A stretch of DNA of 59,386 bases from a virus (Duplodnaviria > Caudoviricetes), in IMG/VR virus record IMGVR_UViG_3300011335_000447, positions 1-59,386 of that record. The stretch is one strand, 5' to 3'. The notes below the pieces were generated by a model, which saw only the letters and a list, made by a program, of their open reading frames with translations, searched no databases and was not told the origin of the DNA. The first letter of the stretch is position 1. Each line of letters begins with the position of its first letter. Made by a program: the position numbers and the translations under genes. Shown here in pieces: positions 1 through 9,381 of the stretch.

Positions 1-121
1 TCCGATTATTTATGTTGCTAACGTAGGCAGCACATCAAATGTAGTCGCGTATTTGCAAATGGGGTCTACGGCAACAACTCAATCCATCCCAGTTACAATC
101 GCAACATCATCATACGCTTTG
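1..121. repeat. Exact 121-bp terminal overlap with 58736-58856; diverged homology continues to about 650 vs 59386
   Basis: Direct comparison; first mismatch at 122 (g) vs 58857 (t). Confidence 0.95.
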
Positions 122-232
122 GTGCAACCTGGAACTCCGATTAGTGGAAGCGGAACTGTTGGTATTTGGGTATCTGCCAGTGGTGTTGTTGCCTACGGCG
201 GTGTGACGCGCACTTACACAGCTTCAGCATAG
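1..232 (+). CDS. 3' part of the 130-aa virion protein also seen at 58575-58967 (partial, second copy/allele)
   Basis: Near-identical to 58736-58967; TAG at 230-232. Confidence 0.8.
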   Translation, partial: PIIYVANVGSTSNVVAYLQMGSTATTQSIPVTIATSSYALVQPGTPISGSGTVGIWVSASGVVAYGGVTRTYTASA

Positions 233-239
233 GTGCATT

Positions 240-668
240 ATGGGAAATGTAATGACGCCGTTTTTCCCACCAAAAGCGGCATTTATTCCAAAATTAGTTA
301 ATATAGCTGCGTCTGGACCTTATACAAACAGCTTTTACATTGATATCACAACGGCTCAAGCGGATAACGACATTATTTATGTAAATGGTTCAGCAACAAA
401 TCCTGGCTCAATAGCAACTCTTGCTTTTGTATACATTAACCTCCCCTCAACTGCGCGTACTAAAGTTTATACTTTTAACATTGGCAACATCACACTATCC
501 ACATCCTTCACCACCGCCATTGGCATTGTCGCAGCACAAAGCGGGACGAGTATTGACCTTAATGTAAACACAAGTATGCAAGTTGCTTTTAGCGCAACAG
601 GATACGGAACAAGCGGAGTTCCTATTGTAAGGCGTGTAAGTTCCACAGGCATAACTTTTTCTAGTTAA
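240..668 (+). CDS. Small beta-rich virion/tail protein, variant A (possible receptor-binding accessory)
   Basis: 142-aa S/T-rich ORF; homolog starts at 58975. Confidence 0.7.
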   Translation: MGNVMTPFFPPKAAFIPKLVNIAASGPYTNSFYIDITTAQADNDIIYVNGSATNPGSIATLAFVYINLPSTARTKVYTFNIGNITLSTSFTTAIGIVAAQSGTSIDLNVNTSMQVAFSATGYGTSGVPIVRRVSSTGITFSS

Positions 669-687
669 GGGGTTTAGAGTTTTATAA

Positions 688-1350
688 ATGCCCACAGCAA
701 TGACATTCACCAGTTTGCAGTCTGACGTTCGCTCTTATTGCGAACGTGGCGGGTCGGCTGTTGACGCTCAGTTTAACACCCAGCTTCCTGGGTTTATTAA
801 CTTGCGTGAACGTCAGATTGCGCGTGAACTTAAAATCCAAGGTTTTATCAATAACGTAAATACTTCATACACAACGTCCCTTGGTGTTTACCCAAAACCA
901 GACCGTTGGCGCGAAACCATTAGCATCAATGTCGGCACCAATGTCGGCACAGCAACGACGTTTAATACCCGCGTTACGCTTCTACCGCGTTCGTATGAAT
1001 ATATCCGCACATACTGGCCCGATGATACTCAGACCGGCACGCCTAAGTATTATGCTGATTATGACTATAATCACCTTATCTTCGTGCCAACACCGTCAAC
1101 AACTTTCCCGTATGAAATTAATTACTGGCAACTTCCGCCATTGTTAGACGACACTTCGCAAACAAATTGGTTGACAGAATACGCGCCCAACGCCTTGCTC
1201 CACGGCACGTTGGTTGAGGCGTTCACATACTTGAAGAACTCAGAACAATCAGCAGCTTGGTCCCAAGCCTATGATCGTGATATGGCGGCATTGAACAGCG
1301 AGGATTTGCAGAAAATTCTTGACCGCGCACAGAAAAGGAATACGGCGTGA
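688..1350 (+). CDS. Head-tail adaptor / tail tubular-like protein
   Basis: GTPKYY...PTP and TNWLTEYAPNALLHGTLVEA..YLK motifs typical of podovirus adaptor family. Confidence 0.7.
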   Translation: MPTAMTFTSLQSDVRSYCERGGSAVDAQFNTQLPGFINLRERQIARELKIQGFINNVNTSYTTSLGVYPKPDRWRETISINVGTNVGTATTFNTRVTLLPRSYEYIRTYWPDDTQTGTPKYYADYDYNHLIFVPTPSTTFPYEINYWQLPPLLDDTSQTNWLTEYAPNALLHGTLVEAFTYLKNSEQSAAWSQAYDRDMAALNSEDLQKILDRAQKRNTA

Positions 1351-2648
1351 CCGGTTTTACACAAGTATTCGGCGGCGGAACGCTTGACCCAGCGCAGCCT
1401 AGCTATAAGTCTTACACTGCCACTTCCAGCATTACGACCGTATGGCCAATTGAAGCCTCGACCAGCCAAAATGTGGTTGCGGCGATCAACGACATTAGCT
1501 TTGGAACTACGACTGGCTTAACCTTCACATTGCCGCCAGCCAATCAAGTCTCGGTTGGCTACAATGCTTTGTTTAATAACGTAGGCACCAGTGCCTTTAC
1601 GGTGCTGGCCAACGGCGGCGGCACGGTTCTCACAGCCACATCTGGCGCGGCTTGGTCGGCATATGTAACCGACAACACAACGGCTTCTGGCGCGTATCGC
1701 GTTTACCAAGCCGGTGCTGGTACGTCCTCGGCTTCGGCTGGTACGCTGGCCGGACTTGGTATCAAAGCAATCACCACAACGCTAAATCAAGAATATCCTG
1801 CGTACAGTGTTGCAGTAAGCACTCTGATTACAGCTTCATACCGTGCCGCTACGGTCGTTTACACGGGTGGTTCTGGCACGTTTACGTTTGACCCGCTGGC
1901 CACACTTACAACAGGCTGGTTTGTAAACCTTGTAAATCAGGGCACAGGTGCGATTGTTATTACGCCGCCAAGCGGGACTATTGATGGTTCTGCTACAAAG
2001 ACCATGAACCCTGGCGATAGCTGCATTGTCACGACTAACGGTTCTAATATGTTCACCGTCGGTTTTGGACAAGACGCTGTTTATGCGTTTTCGTTTATTA
2101 CAATCAACCTTGGCGTTGGCTTTAGCGGTAATTACACATTAAGCGGTTCAGAGCTTAATAAAACAGCAATTCAATTTACCGGAACTCTTGTTGGCGCGGT
2201 AAACATCATCGTTCCGTTTACAGCGCAACAATACTGGGTTGATAACTCAACGACCGGCGGCACTGGCTTTGCGTTCCTTGTAAAGACATCAACGCAAACC
2301 GGCGGCGCAGACGTTGAAAACGATGGCACTAACCCAAGACGCGAAATTCTATATTGCAATGCAACCATTGTAGTAAGCGCCGATACAACCGGCCTTAGCA
2401 CGCCGTTGGGTATTGGTGATGGTGGAACAGGTGCATCAACAGCCAGCGGGGCGCTTGTAAACCTTGGCGGTGGAACGGTTGGCATCCCGGTATTTCAATC
2501 AAATACAACGGCCTCGGCTCTGTCTAACCTTGGCGGTGGAACGGTTGGCATCCCGGTATTTCAATCAAATACAACGGCCTCGGCTCTTTCTTTGCTTGAT
2601 GCACCAAGCACTTTAGATGCGTTCACTTATGTTCAGATGTTCAGCTAA
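1347..2648 (+). CDS. Tail/virion structural protein, T/S/G-rich
   Basis: Coupled ORF in tail module; LGIGDGGTGASTA fibre-like repeat. Confidence 0.65.
   Translation: MTGFTQVFGGGTLDPAQPSYKSYTATSSITTVWPIEASTSQNVVAAINDISFGTTTGLTFTLPPANQVSVGYNALFNNVGTSAFTVLANGGGTVLTATSGAAWSAYVTDNTTASGAYRVYQAGAGTSSASAGTLAGLGIKAITTTLNQEYPAYSVAVSTLITASYRAATVVYTGGSGTFTFDPLATLTTGWFVNLVNQGTGAIVITPPSGTIDGSATKTMNPGDSCIVTTNGSNMFTVGFGQDAVYAFSFITINLGVGFSGNYTLSGSELNKTAIQFTGTLVGAVNIIVPFTAQQYWVDNSTTGGTGFAFLVKTSTQTGGADVENDGTNPRREILYCNATIVVSADTTGLSTPLGIGDGGTGASTASGALVNLGGGTVGIPVFQSNTTASALSNLGGGTVGIPVFQSNTTASALSLLDAPSTLDAFTYVQMFS
2460..2588 (+). repeat. 66-bp in-frame tandem duplication (NLGGGTVGIPVFQSNTTASALS x2)
   Basis: Copies start 2460 and 2526. 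Confidence 0.9.
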
Positions 2649-4204
2649 TGGCAGATTTAGTTCCCTTAAAGATAGCTTCTCAGCCAGGGTGCAAAAGAGA
2701 TGGCACGCTTCTGGAAGGGGACAACTATGTCGATACACAATGGTGCCGCTTTCAGCTTCGTAAGGGTTTGCCGCGTAAGATGGGCGGCTATCGTCGTCTG
2801 ACGGCTGAACTATCAGGTATCTCTCGCGGCCTTAACGTCTTTAACAGCGATCTAAACACCTACACTCATACTGGCTGGTCAGATGGTTTAGAGCGGTTCT
2901 TGCTCGACCAAAACGGCAACGTGTCGTCCATTTCTGACAGAACTCCTGCTGGTTTTACGGCTGATGCAAAGAACCTTTGGCAGTTTGATACTTTAGCAGA
3001 GGCAACAGGCATAGAGTCATATTTGCTTGCACATGCCGCACCAAATCTAACTGATATATCAAGTTCAACCGACGCGCCGGTTTACTACGGGGACGTTTTA
3101 GGCACGGCTGCATTGACTGCGACAACATCACCTGATGTATCTGGCGGTGTCATGTCTCTTGGACCATTTGCTGTAAGTTTTGGCAATTATGGTGTTGTTA
3201 ATTACACTAAAGAAGCAAACCCTAACGATGTAACTGGAGTATGGGAAAGCGTTAGACCAGCATCATCAAAGCTGGTGTATGGCCTTCCCGTTCGTGCCGG
3301 TGCCGGTAACGGTCCTTCTGGTTTAATCTGGGGCGTTGAGTCACTGATCCGCATGACATTCGTGGGTGGGACCGCAACATTCAACTTTGACAACATAACC
3401 TCTGCCTACAGTCTGTTGTCTTCTCAATGCATCATTGAGTATGACGGCATTTATTATTGGGCTGGCATAGATCACTTCTTGAGCTTTAACGGTGTTATTC
3501 AGGAAGTTGAAAACGGCATGAACCTTAACTGGTTCTACGACAACCTAAACTATGCTCAATCGCAGAAGGTGTTCGCCTTTAAGATTCCGCGTTGGGGCGA
3601 AATCTGGTGGTGTTATCCACGCGGCACCGCCACAGAATGTACCCATGCCGTGATCTATAACGTTCGGTTGTCGCGCATTTTAGGATACGCGGTTTGGTAC
3701 GATACCGAGCTTCCCAACGATGGCCGTTCTGCTGGCCAGTTTGCGCGTGTGTTCCGTTCGCCGCTGATGACGGGAACTAAAGTTGACCCAGATACCCTTA
3801 AGTACAAACTCTGGCAGCAAGAGTTTGGCACAGACGACATTGATGGCAACGACATCTTAGCCGTCCAGTCGTACTTTGAAACCAATGCCATCTGGCCAGC
3901 CGAGATGCAGGGCAGCAGCAACCGTGGTCTGTACGTGGATTACTTTGAACCTGACTTTGTGCAGTCTGGGGATATGACCGTCCAAGTCACCGGCTCTTAC
4001 TCAAACGCCCGTGCGGCCCAGGTCAGCAGCGACCCCGTATCGTTCCCGGCAACGGCGACTTCGGCTGAAAACCAAGTTGTGTATATTCGTGAACAACGCC
4101 GCCAGATGCGGTTTAAGTTTGAAAGCAACGTCGTGGGCGGCAACTACGAGATGGGCGACACGGTTGCCCAAGTTAGACCATCCGATGGCAGGATTACATC
4201 GTAA
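2648..4204 (+). CDS. Tail nozzle / stabilization protein (P22 gp10 / tubular B-like)
   Basis: 518 aa, PRKMGGY and EIWWCYP motifs, position before ejection genes. Confidence 0.65.
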   Translation: MADLVPLKIASQPGCKRDGTLLEGDNYVDTQWCRFQLRKGLPRKMGGYRRLTAELSGISRGLNVFNSDLNTYTHTGWSDGLERFLLDQNGNVSSISDRTPAGFTADAKNLWQFDTLAEATGIESYLLAHAAPNLTDISSSTDAPVYYGDVLGTAALTATTSPDVSGGVMSLGPFAVSFGNYGVVNYTKEANPNDVTGVWESVRPASSKLVYGLPVRAGAGNGPSGLIWGVESLIRMTFVGGTATFNFDNITSAYSLLSSQCIIEYDGIYYWAGIDHFLSFNGVIQEVENGMNLNWFYDNLNYAQSQKVFAFKIPRWGEIWWCYPRGTATECTHAVIYNVRLSRILGYAVWYDTELPNDGRSAGQFARVFRSPLMTGTKVDPDTLKYKLWQQEFGTDDIDGNDILAVQSYFETNAIWPAEMQGSSNRGLYVDYFEPDFVQSGDMTVQVTGSYSNARAAQVSSDPVSFPATATSAENQVVYIREQRRQMRFKFESNVVGGNYEMGDTVAQVRPSDGRITS

Positions 4205-4449
4205 TGGGTACTAATGTCATATCCCCCCAAGGCATGAACGCCGTGGAATGGACGGGGGCTATGGCTATGTATATGGATAAATTTGGCATTTTGCCCTCTA
4301 TCCAGAAGTCAGAAGACTGGAAATCTTGGGGTTCGGCTGCGTTACTTTTATCATCTTTAAATGGTATAATACTGCCAAACCCCTACGATTTCTCCGACTT
4401 TGAGACTTGGGCACAACGCTTTGTAGAAATATTAGCGAGTCGATCATGA
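4204..4449 (+). CDS. Hypothetical phage protein
   Basis: Coupled 81-aa ORF, PNPYDFSDFETWA motif. Confidence 0.65.
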   Translation: MGTNVISPQGMNAVEWTGAMAMYMDKFGILPSIQKSEDWKSWGSAALLLSSLNGIILPNPYDFSDFETWAQRFVEILASRS

Positions 4450-5681
4450 CAATGGGTTTAGTCAACGCGGCGCGACAGATTGAGGCTTATGGGAGAGGGC
4501 CGGATACCAGCCTAGCGCATATCTCGCCTGACGAATCCGCCATGCTGGATTACATGCAGGGCGGTAGGCGCATGAATCCCATTACGGGTCTGCCCGAGTA
4601 CAGTTTGTTTGGGAAGATTCTGAAGGTCGTTGCCCAGATCGGCGCTTCTACGGTTGGCTTTATGTATGGCGGTCCCCTCGGTGCCGCAGCGGCAAGTGCG
4701 GCTGTGTCTAAACTGACGGGCGGCTCTTGGAAATCGGCGCTGACAACGGGCGCAATATCGGGCCTAACGGCTGGCCTTGGTAGTTATGCGTCTGGCGCTC
4801 GCGGCCTAACCGGGGCCAATAGTCTGTTTCAATCGGGAAACTCATTGGCTGCTAATGCTGCTTCAAATGCAGCAAATGTATTAAAAACTGCAACACCAAC
4901 TATTGGATCAGCTTTTACTACTGGCACAAACTTAGCTATGCCTGGAATAACAAATGCTATCCCTGGGCTAACTGCTGCACCATCTTTTGTTTCTAGTGCA
5001 GCGCAAGCCGCTCCTGGAATAACAGGGGTTATCCCTGGACTAACAGCTTTACCAGCCGCTGCGTCAACGCTTGCTCCTTCTGCACTTGGTGCTTTTGGCT
5101 CAAATCTTATGAACTCCGGTTATGGCGCTTTAGGCGCTGCTGTCGGTGCGGCTATTCCAACTAAAGGAACCCCCGCGACCCCTCCCCCGCCCTTAACTCA
5201 ATTGCCATATGATCCTAACAATGTGTTTTCTTGGATGCGCCCAAATCGCGGAGCGTTAACCGAAGAACAAATTGAAAATAAAAAATTATTAACACCGACA
5301 ATTAACCCGACAGATATTTATAACCAACAATACCCATACGCAGACGGTGGCCCTGTTGGCATGGGCTTGCCTCAATCTGCGGCTGTGCCGCAGCTTATGT
5401 CTGCTGCTCAGTTTGGCTATCTAAATGCTCGTACCGGCGGCAGGATTGCTGGTCCCGGCGATGGCAAAAGCGACGACATCCCGGCGTTGCTTTCAAATGG
5501 CGAGCATGTGATTGATGCATCCACGGTTTCCGATCTTGGTAACGGCGACAACGACACTGGCCAGAAGCGATTAGAAGAAATCAAACAAAAAATCCGCAAC
5601 GGTGCGGGTCGTAAAAATCCTCATAAAGCCTCACCTAAACAAAAAGGTCTTGGGTTTTTGTTAAAAAGCGCACGGGCGTAG
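4446..5681 (+). CDS. Internal virion / DNA ejection protein
   Basis: GRGPDTSLAHISPDE...NPITGLPEY N-terminus, A/G-rich membrane-like segments, GPGDGKSDDIPALLSNGEHV C-terminus; ATG 4446 overlaps upstream stop. Confidence 0.7.
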   Translation: MTMGLVNAARQIEAYGRGPDTSLAHISPDESAMLDYMQGGRRMNPITGLPEYSLFGKILKVVAQIGASTVGFMYGGPLGAAAASAAVSKLTGGSWKSALTTGAISGLTAGLGSYASGARGLTGANSLFQSGNSLAANAASNAANVLKTATPTIGSAFTTGTNLAMPGITNAIPGLTAAPSFVSSAAQAAPGITGVIPGLTALPAAASTLAPSALGAFGSNLMNSGYGALGAAVGAAIPTKGTPATPPPPLTQLPYDPNNVFSWMRPNRGALTEEQIENKKLLTPTINPTDIYNQQYPYADGGPVGMGLPQSAAVPQLMSAAQFGYLNARTGGRIAGPGDGKSDDIPALLSNGEHVIDASTVSDLGNGDNDTGQKRLEEIKQKIRNGAGRKNPHKASPKQKGLGFLLKSARA

Positions 5682-5689
5682 GAAATAAA

Positions 5690-7609
5690 ATGGCATCTTC
5701 CACAAACACCAGTTATCAAACAGTCACAAACGTACTTGATCCGGCCACGCAAACGTTTAGGAACGCTGTATTTCCAAGTCTTTCTCGATTAGCAGGACGC
5801 ACGCCTACGGTTTATGGGGCTAATTGGGACACAAAAGCTGGGCCAAAGTTATACAACCCTGATGGCACCCCTCAACTTGACCCGAACAACGGGGAGCAAA
5901 TGTATGAGGGCGCATTTGTCCGCGACCCAGCCATCCCTCTAACGGCTGAGATAAACAAAGACATTACAGATGCGAACGAAATGGTTCGCAAAAATGTAGG
6001 CTCTGCCACACCTGGATTAACGCGAGGCGCTGCTAATATTAACAACGCTTCTGGAATGGATATTTACGGCGCTGGCGCAGGTGCATATGGCAAAGCCGGT
6101 GGACTTTACGATCAAGCCGCTGCTGGCCAATCTGGTTTAGCCGGTCAGGGTCAATTCAATGCCGCCACAGGTCAATTTGAACGTGCTGCTGAAGGTCAAT
6201 CTGGTTTAGCCGGTCAGGGTCAATTTAACGCTGCCACAGGTCAATTTGAACGTGCTGCTGAAGGTCAATCTGGTTTAGCCGGTCAGGGTCAATTTAATGC
6301 TGCCACAGGCCAATTTGAGCAAGCGGCTGGCACCAACACCGCCAATATGTACAGCCCGTATGCCCAACAAGCGCAGGGGCAGTATGGACAAGCCGGTGAT
6401 CTCTACGGTCAATCTACGGATGCCCTAGGGTTGTCTTCGGCCTCGCCGTATCTACAGGCCGCTGGTTTGTCATCTGCTCAAAATGTTGGGCAGTACATAA
6501 ACCCGTACAACGAGCAAGTAACAAATCGTATTGCTGAACTTGGCGCACGGAACTTGTCCGAGAATATTTTGCCTTCTGTTGGTAGCGATTTTATTAAAGC
6601 TGGCGGCTACGGTTCAACCCGTCAACGCGATTTAATTGGTCGTGCAGTGCGGGATACACAAGAATCAATCCTGGGCCAGCAAGCTCAAGCTCTTCAAGCT
6701 GGCTACGGCCAAGGACTTACGGCTTCTGCGGCTGATTTGGCGCGATATAGCAACTTGGCTGGTACGGCAGGTAGTCTTGGCACACAACAGCAACAGATTT
6801 TACAAAGTGCGGGTGCTGGTCTTGGGAACCTTGGCACTGCGTATTCTAACCTTGGGTCTACATATGCCGGTCTAGCAGGGTCCGACGCGGCCCGTCGTCT
6901 TCAAGCCGGTCAAGGGCTATCTGCAATCGGTCAAGCTAACATCCAAGCTAGTGAATCCGATCTGGCCCGTCGTCTTCAAGCTGGTCAAGGACTATCTGCA
7001 ATCGGTCAAGCTAACATCCAAGCTAGCCAAGCTGATCTGGCCCGTCGTCTTCAAGCTGGTCAAGGACTATCTGCAATCGGTCAAGCTAACATCCAAGCTA
7101 GCCAATCTGATCTGGCGCGGCAACTCGCGGCTGGTCAAGGACAAGCCGGTATTGGCGCTGGATTGGGTAATTTGATGCAAGCCAATCAACAGGGCCAACT
7201 TGCTGCGGGACAAGCCAATATTAATTTGGGTACAGCAACTCAAGCGGCAGGGTATAGAGATGCCGGAGCGTTGGCTGCGGTTGGTGAATCGAAACAAGCT
7301 CAAGATCAACGTGTTATTGACGCTAATAAAGCGCAAGTTGGAGCGGAAGGTGCCGCTATCTTTGATCCGGTATCTAGGGCAATTAGCGCGGCGGGTGGTA
7401 CACCTGGAGCGGCAACTTCTAGTCAAACTACAACATCTGCTCCTGGTGTAAGCCTTGCGGGGCAATTGGCAGGTGCAGCCGGAACTGTTGTCGCGGGGGC
7501 CAACCTCGTGAAAGCCAAAGGTGGCGCGATCAAGAAGGGTTCACTGAAGAAATCTAGTTACGGCAAATTGCCGAAGCGTGGACTTAGCATGTTTGCGAGG
7601 GCTGCATAA
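5690..7609 (+). CDS. Internal virion / ejection protein with Q/A/G-rich repeats
   Basis: YINPYNEQV and GGYGSTRQ motifs; SD aggaa. Confidence 0.7.
   Translation: MASSTNTSYQTVTNVLDPATQTFRNAVFPSLSRLAGRTPTVYGANWDTKAGPKLYNPDGTPQLDPNNGEQMYEGAFVRDPAIPLTAEINKDITDANEMVRKNVGSATPGLTRGAANINNASGMDIYGAGAGAYGKAGGLYDQAAAGQSGLAGQGQFNAATGQFERAAEGQSGLAGQGQFNAATGQFERAAEGQSGLAGQGQFNAATGQFEQAAGTNTANMYSPYAQQAQGQYGQAGDLYGQSTDALGLSSASPYLQAAGLSSAQNVGQYINPYNEQVTNRIAELGARNLSENILPSVGSDFIKAGGYGSTRQRDLIGRAVRDTQESILGQQAQALQAGYGQGLTASAADLARYSNLAGTAGSLGTQQQQILQSAGAGLGNLGTAYSNLGSTYAGLAGSDAARRLQAGQGLSAIGQANIQASESDLARRLQAGQGLSAIGQANIQASQADLARRLQAGQGLSAIGQANIQASQSDLARQLAAGQGQAGIGAGLGNLMQANQQGQLAAGQANINLGTATQAAGYRDAGALAAVGESKQAQDQRVIDANKAQVGAEGAAIFDPVSRAISAAGGTPGAATSSQTTTSAPGVSLAGQLAGAAGTVVAGANLVKAKGGAIKKGSLKKSSYGKLPKRGLSMFARAA
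6125..6320 (+). repeat. 69-bp in-frame tandem repeat x3
   Basis: Units at 6125, 6194, 6263 (GQSGLAGQGQFNAATGQFE). Confidence 0.9.
6890..7140 (+). repeat. 75-bp in-frame tandem repeat x3 plus partial
   Basis: Units at 6890, 6965, 7040 (ARRLQAGQGLSAIGQANIQAS). Confidence 0.9.
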
Positions 7610-9381
7610 TGGCGTTCAATCCGATGCAACAGCAGCAGTCTCCCGATATGCTGATGGCGATGATGACTGATCCACGCGCTACGCCACAGCAGCGCATGGC
7701 TGCGATGTCAGCCCTGAACACTATGAGGGGCGGAGCTATCGCCCCACAACAACCGCCGCAGATGACTGGCGACAGCACGGGCGTGAGCCAAATAGACCCA
7801 GCGTTTATGGCCGCTGTGCGACAAGAAGTAATGGGCCAAGGGCCAGAAGAACAACCTGAAATCCCTCAACGTCAAGCCGCGCCGGAAGCGCCGCAAGACC
7901 CTTCAACTGAAGCCTTGATGTCGGGCGCTGCTGATGCCAGCCGCGTTGCATCAATGGCGCATGGCGGAGCGGTGAGGGGGTATGCTGAAGGCGGCAAGCC
8001 GCAGAGTTTATCAGACTTGTTAGAAATAATTAACGACCCAACTGCTGACCCTGCTGACCGTGCAAGGGCTGAAGCATTAAGAAAAAAAGATCAAATTAAT
8101 AATTTTTACACAACAGGTGCTGGCAAAGATTCACCGCAATTTGTTAAAGACATTGACAAGCTTGATAAATACATCCCCGAACCTTCTTTTCTTCCTTCTT
8201 TAATTTATAAAGGGGCTAAAGCTGTTACAGATTTTGCTGTACCTAAAGTTACAAAGTATTTCACTGGTTACGATACAGCTCCTGCTGATGAAGCCGCCCC
8301 TACCGCTGAAACAGCTTCGGTTGATACTGCTGCTCCGGTTGTTGCCACTGCTCCGGTTGTTAAACCTCGGGTTGCGCCAGTCGTTAATGCTGGTGATGGT
8401 GTTCTTAAGGTTGGCCCAGAGATAGCTAACAAATTAATTAATGCGCCGCCAAACATTGCTCAAGATGTTCCAAAGAAGAAAGATTATTTTAAACTTCTTG
8501 AAGAAAAACTTACCGAAAATAAAAGCGGTATTTCTTCACAAGACAAATACATGGCGCTTCTTCAAGCCAGCTTGGGCACGATGGCGGCTGCTTCTCAGCC
8601 AGGGGCCAAGCTCCTTGGTTCAATCGGCCAAGGCGGAATGGCTGGCATTAAACAAATAGAAGACGCACGGGTTTTGCGTGCAAAAGAAAGGGCTGGCGAT
8701 CTTGATACCTACGCCAAACTTGCTGAAATTCAGCAAAAATCTAAAGAGAAAGTTTTATCTAAAGGGCAAGAAGCTATAGATACAAATTACGGGAAAGAGT
8801 ATGCGGACTTTTTAAGTCGCGGAGGGGCTAGTGTATCCGCAGGTCAGTTAAAGAATTTGTCTGATGCACGAAATATTATAACTGATGCCATTACCAATAA
8901 AAAAGATATAACTGGTCCCGTAGCTTCATTTGTTACTTCAGAAAATATGCCAAAATGGGTTGGGGGCTTTGCTGCTCCTGAAACTGTAACAGTACAGGAT
9001 ATGGTTAACAGTGTTGCCCAATCGAATCTTCGCGTTACTTTAGGTTCACAGTTTGCTCAAAAAGAAGGTGAAGGCGTTTTACAACGAGTTTTTAATCCAG
9101 CATTGTCGCCACAAGAAAATTTAAGAAGATTAGATATGATGATGTCTTCTATTGACTCAGCAAGCAAAGCAAAACAAGCGCAAGCAAAATTTTTTAAAGA
9201 AAACGATACTTTGGCAGGATATGAAGGACCATCAGTTGACGATTATTTATATGAGTTAAGAGATAATTTAGATAAAAGCGATAAAAATAACTTACGTAAA
9301 GGTAAAAAAACAAATTCTGCACCAATTGAACCTGGAAATTATACATTTGACCCAGACACTGGCGGGTTTACTCCTCAATGA
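7609..9381 (+). CDS. Internal virion / ejection protein
   Basis: 590 aa between ejection genes; AHGG/YAEGG motifs. Confidence 0.6.
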   Translation: MAFNPMQQQQSPDMLMAMMTDPRATPQQRMAAMSALNTMRGGAIAPQQPPQMTGDSTGVSQIDPAFMAAVRQEVMGQGPEEQPEIPQRQAAPEAPQDPSTEALMSGAADASRVASMAHGGAVRGYAEGGKPQSLSDLLEIINDPTADPADRARAEALRKKDQINNFYTTGAGKDSPQFVKDIDKLDKYIPEPSFLPSLIYKGAKAVTDFAVPKVTKYFTGYDTAPADEAAPTAETASVDTAAPVVATAPVVKPRVAPVVNAGDGVLKVGPEIANKLINAPPNIAQDVPKKKDYFKLLEEKLTENKSGISSQDKYMALLQASLGTMAAASQPGAKLLGSIGQGGMAGIKQIEDARVLRAKERAGDLDTYAKLAEIQQKSKEKVLSKGQEAIDTNYGKEYADFLSRGGASVSAGQLKNLSDARNIITDAITNKKDITGPVASFVTSENMPKWVGGFAAPETVTVQDMVNSVAQSNLRVTLGSQFAQKEGEGVLQRVFNPALSPQENLRRLDMMMSSIDSASKAKQAQAKFFKENDTLAGYEGPSVDDYLYELRDNLDKSDKNNLRKGKKTNSAPIEPGNYTFDPDTGGFTPQ

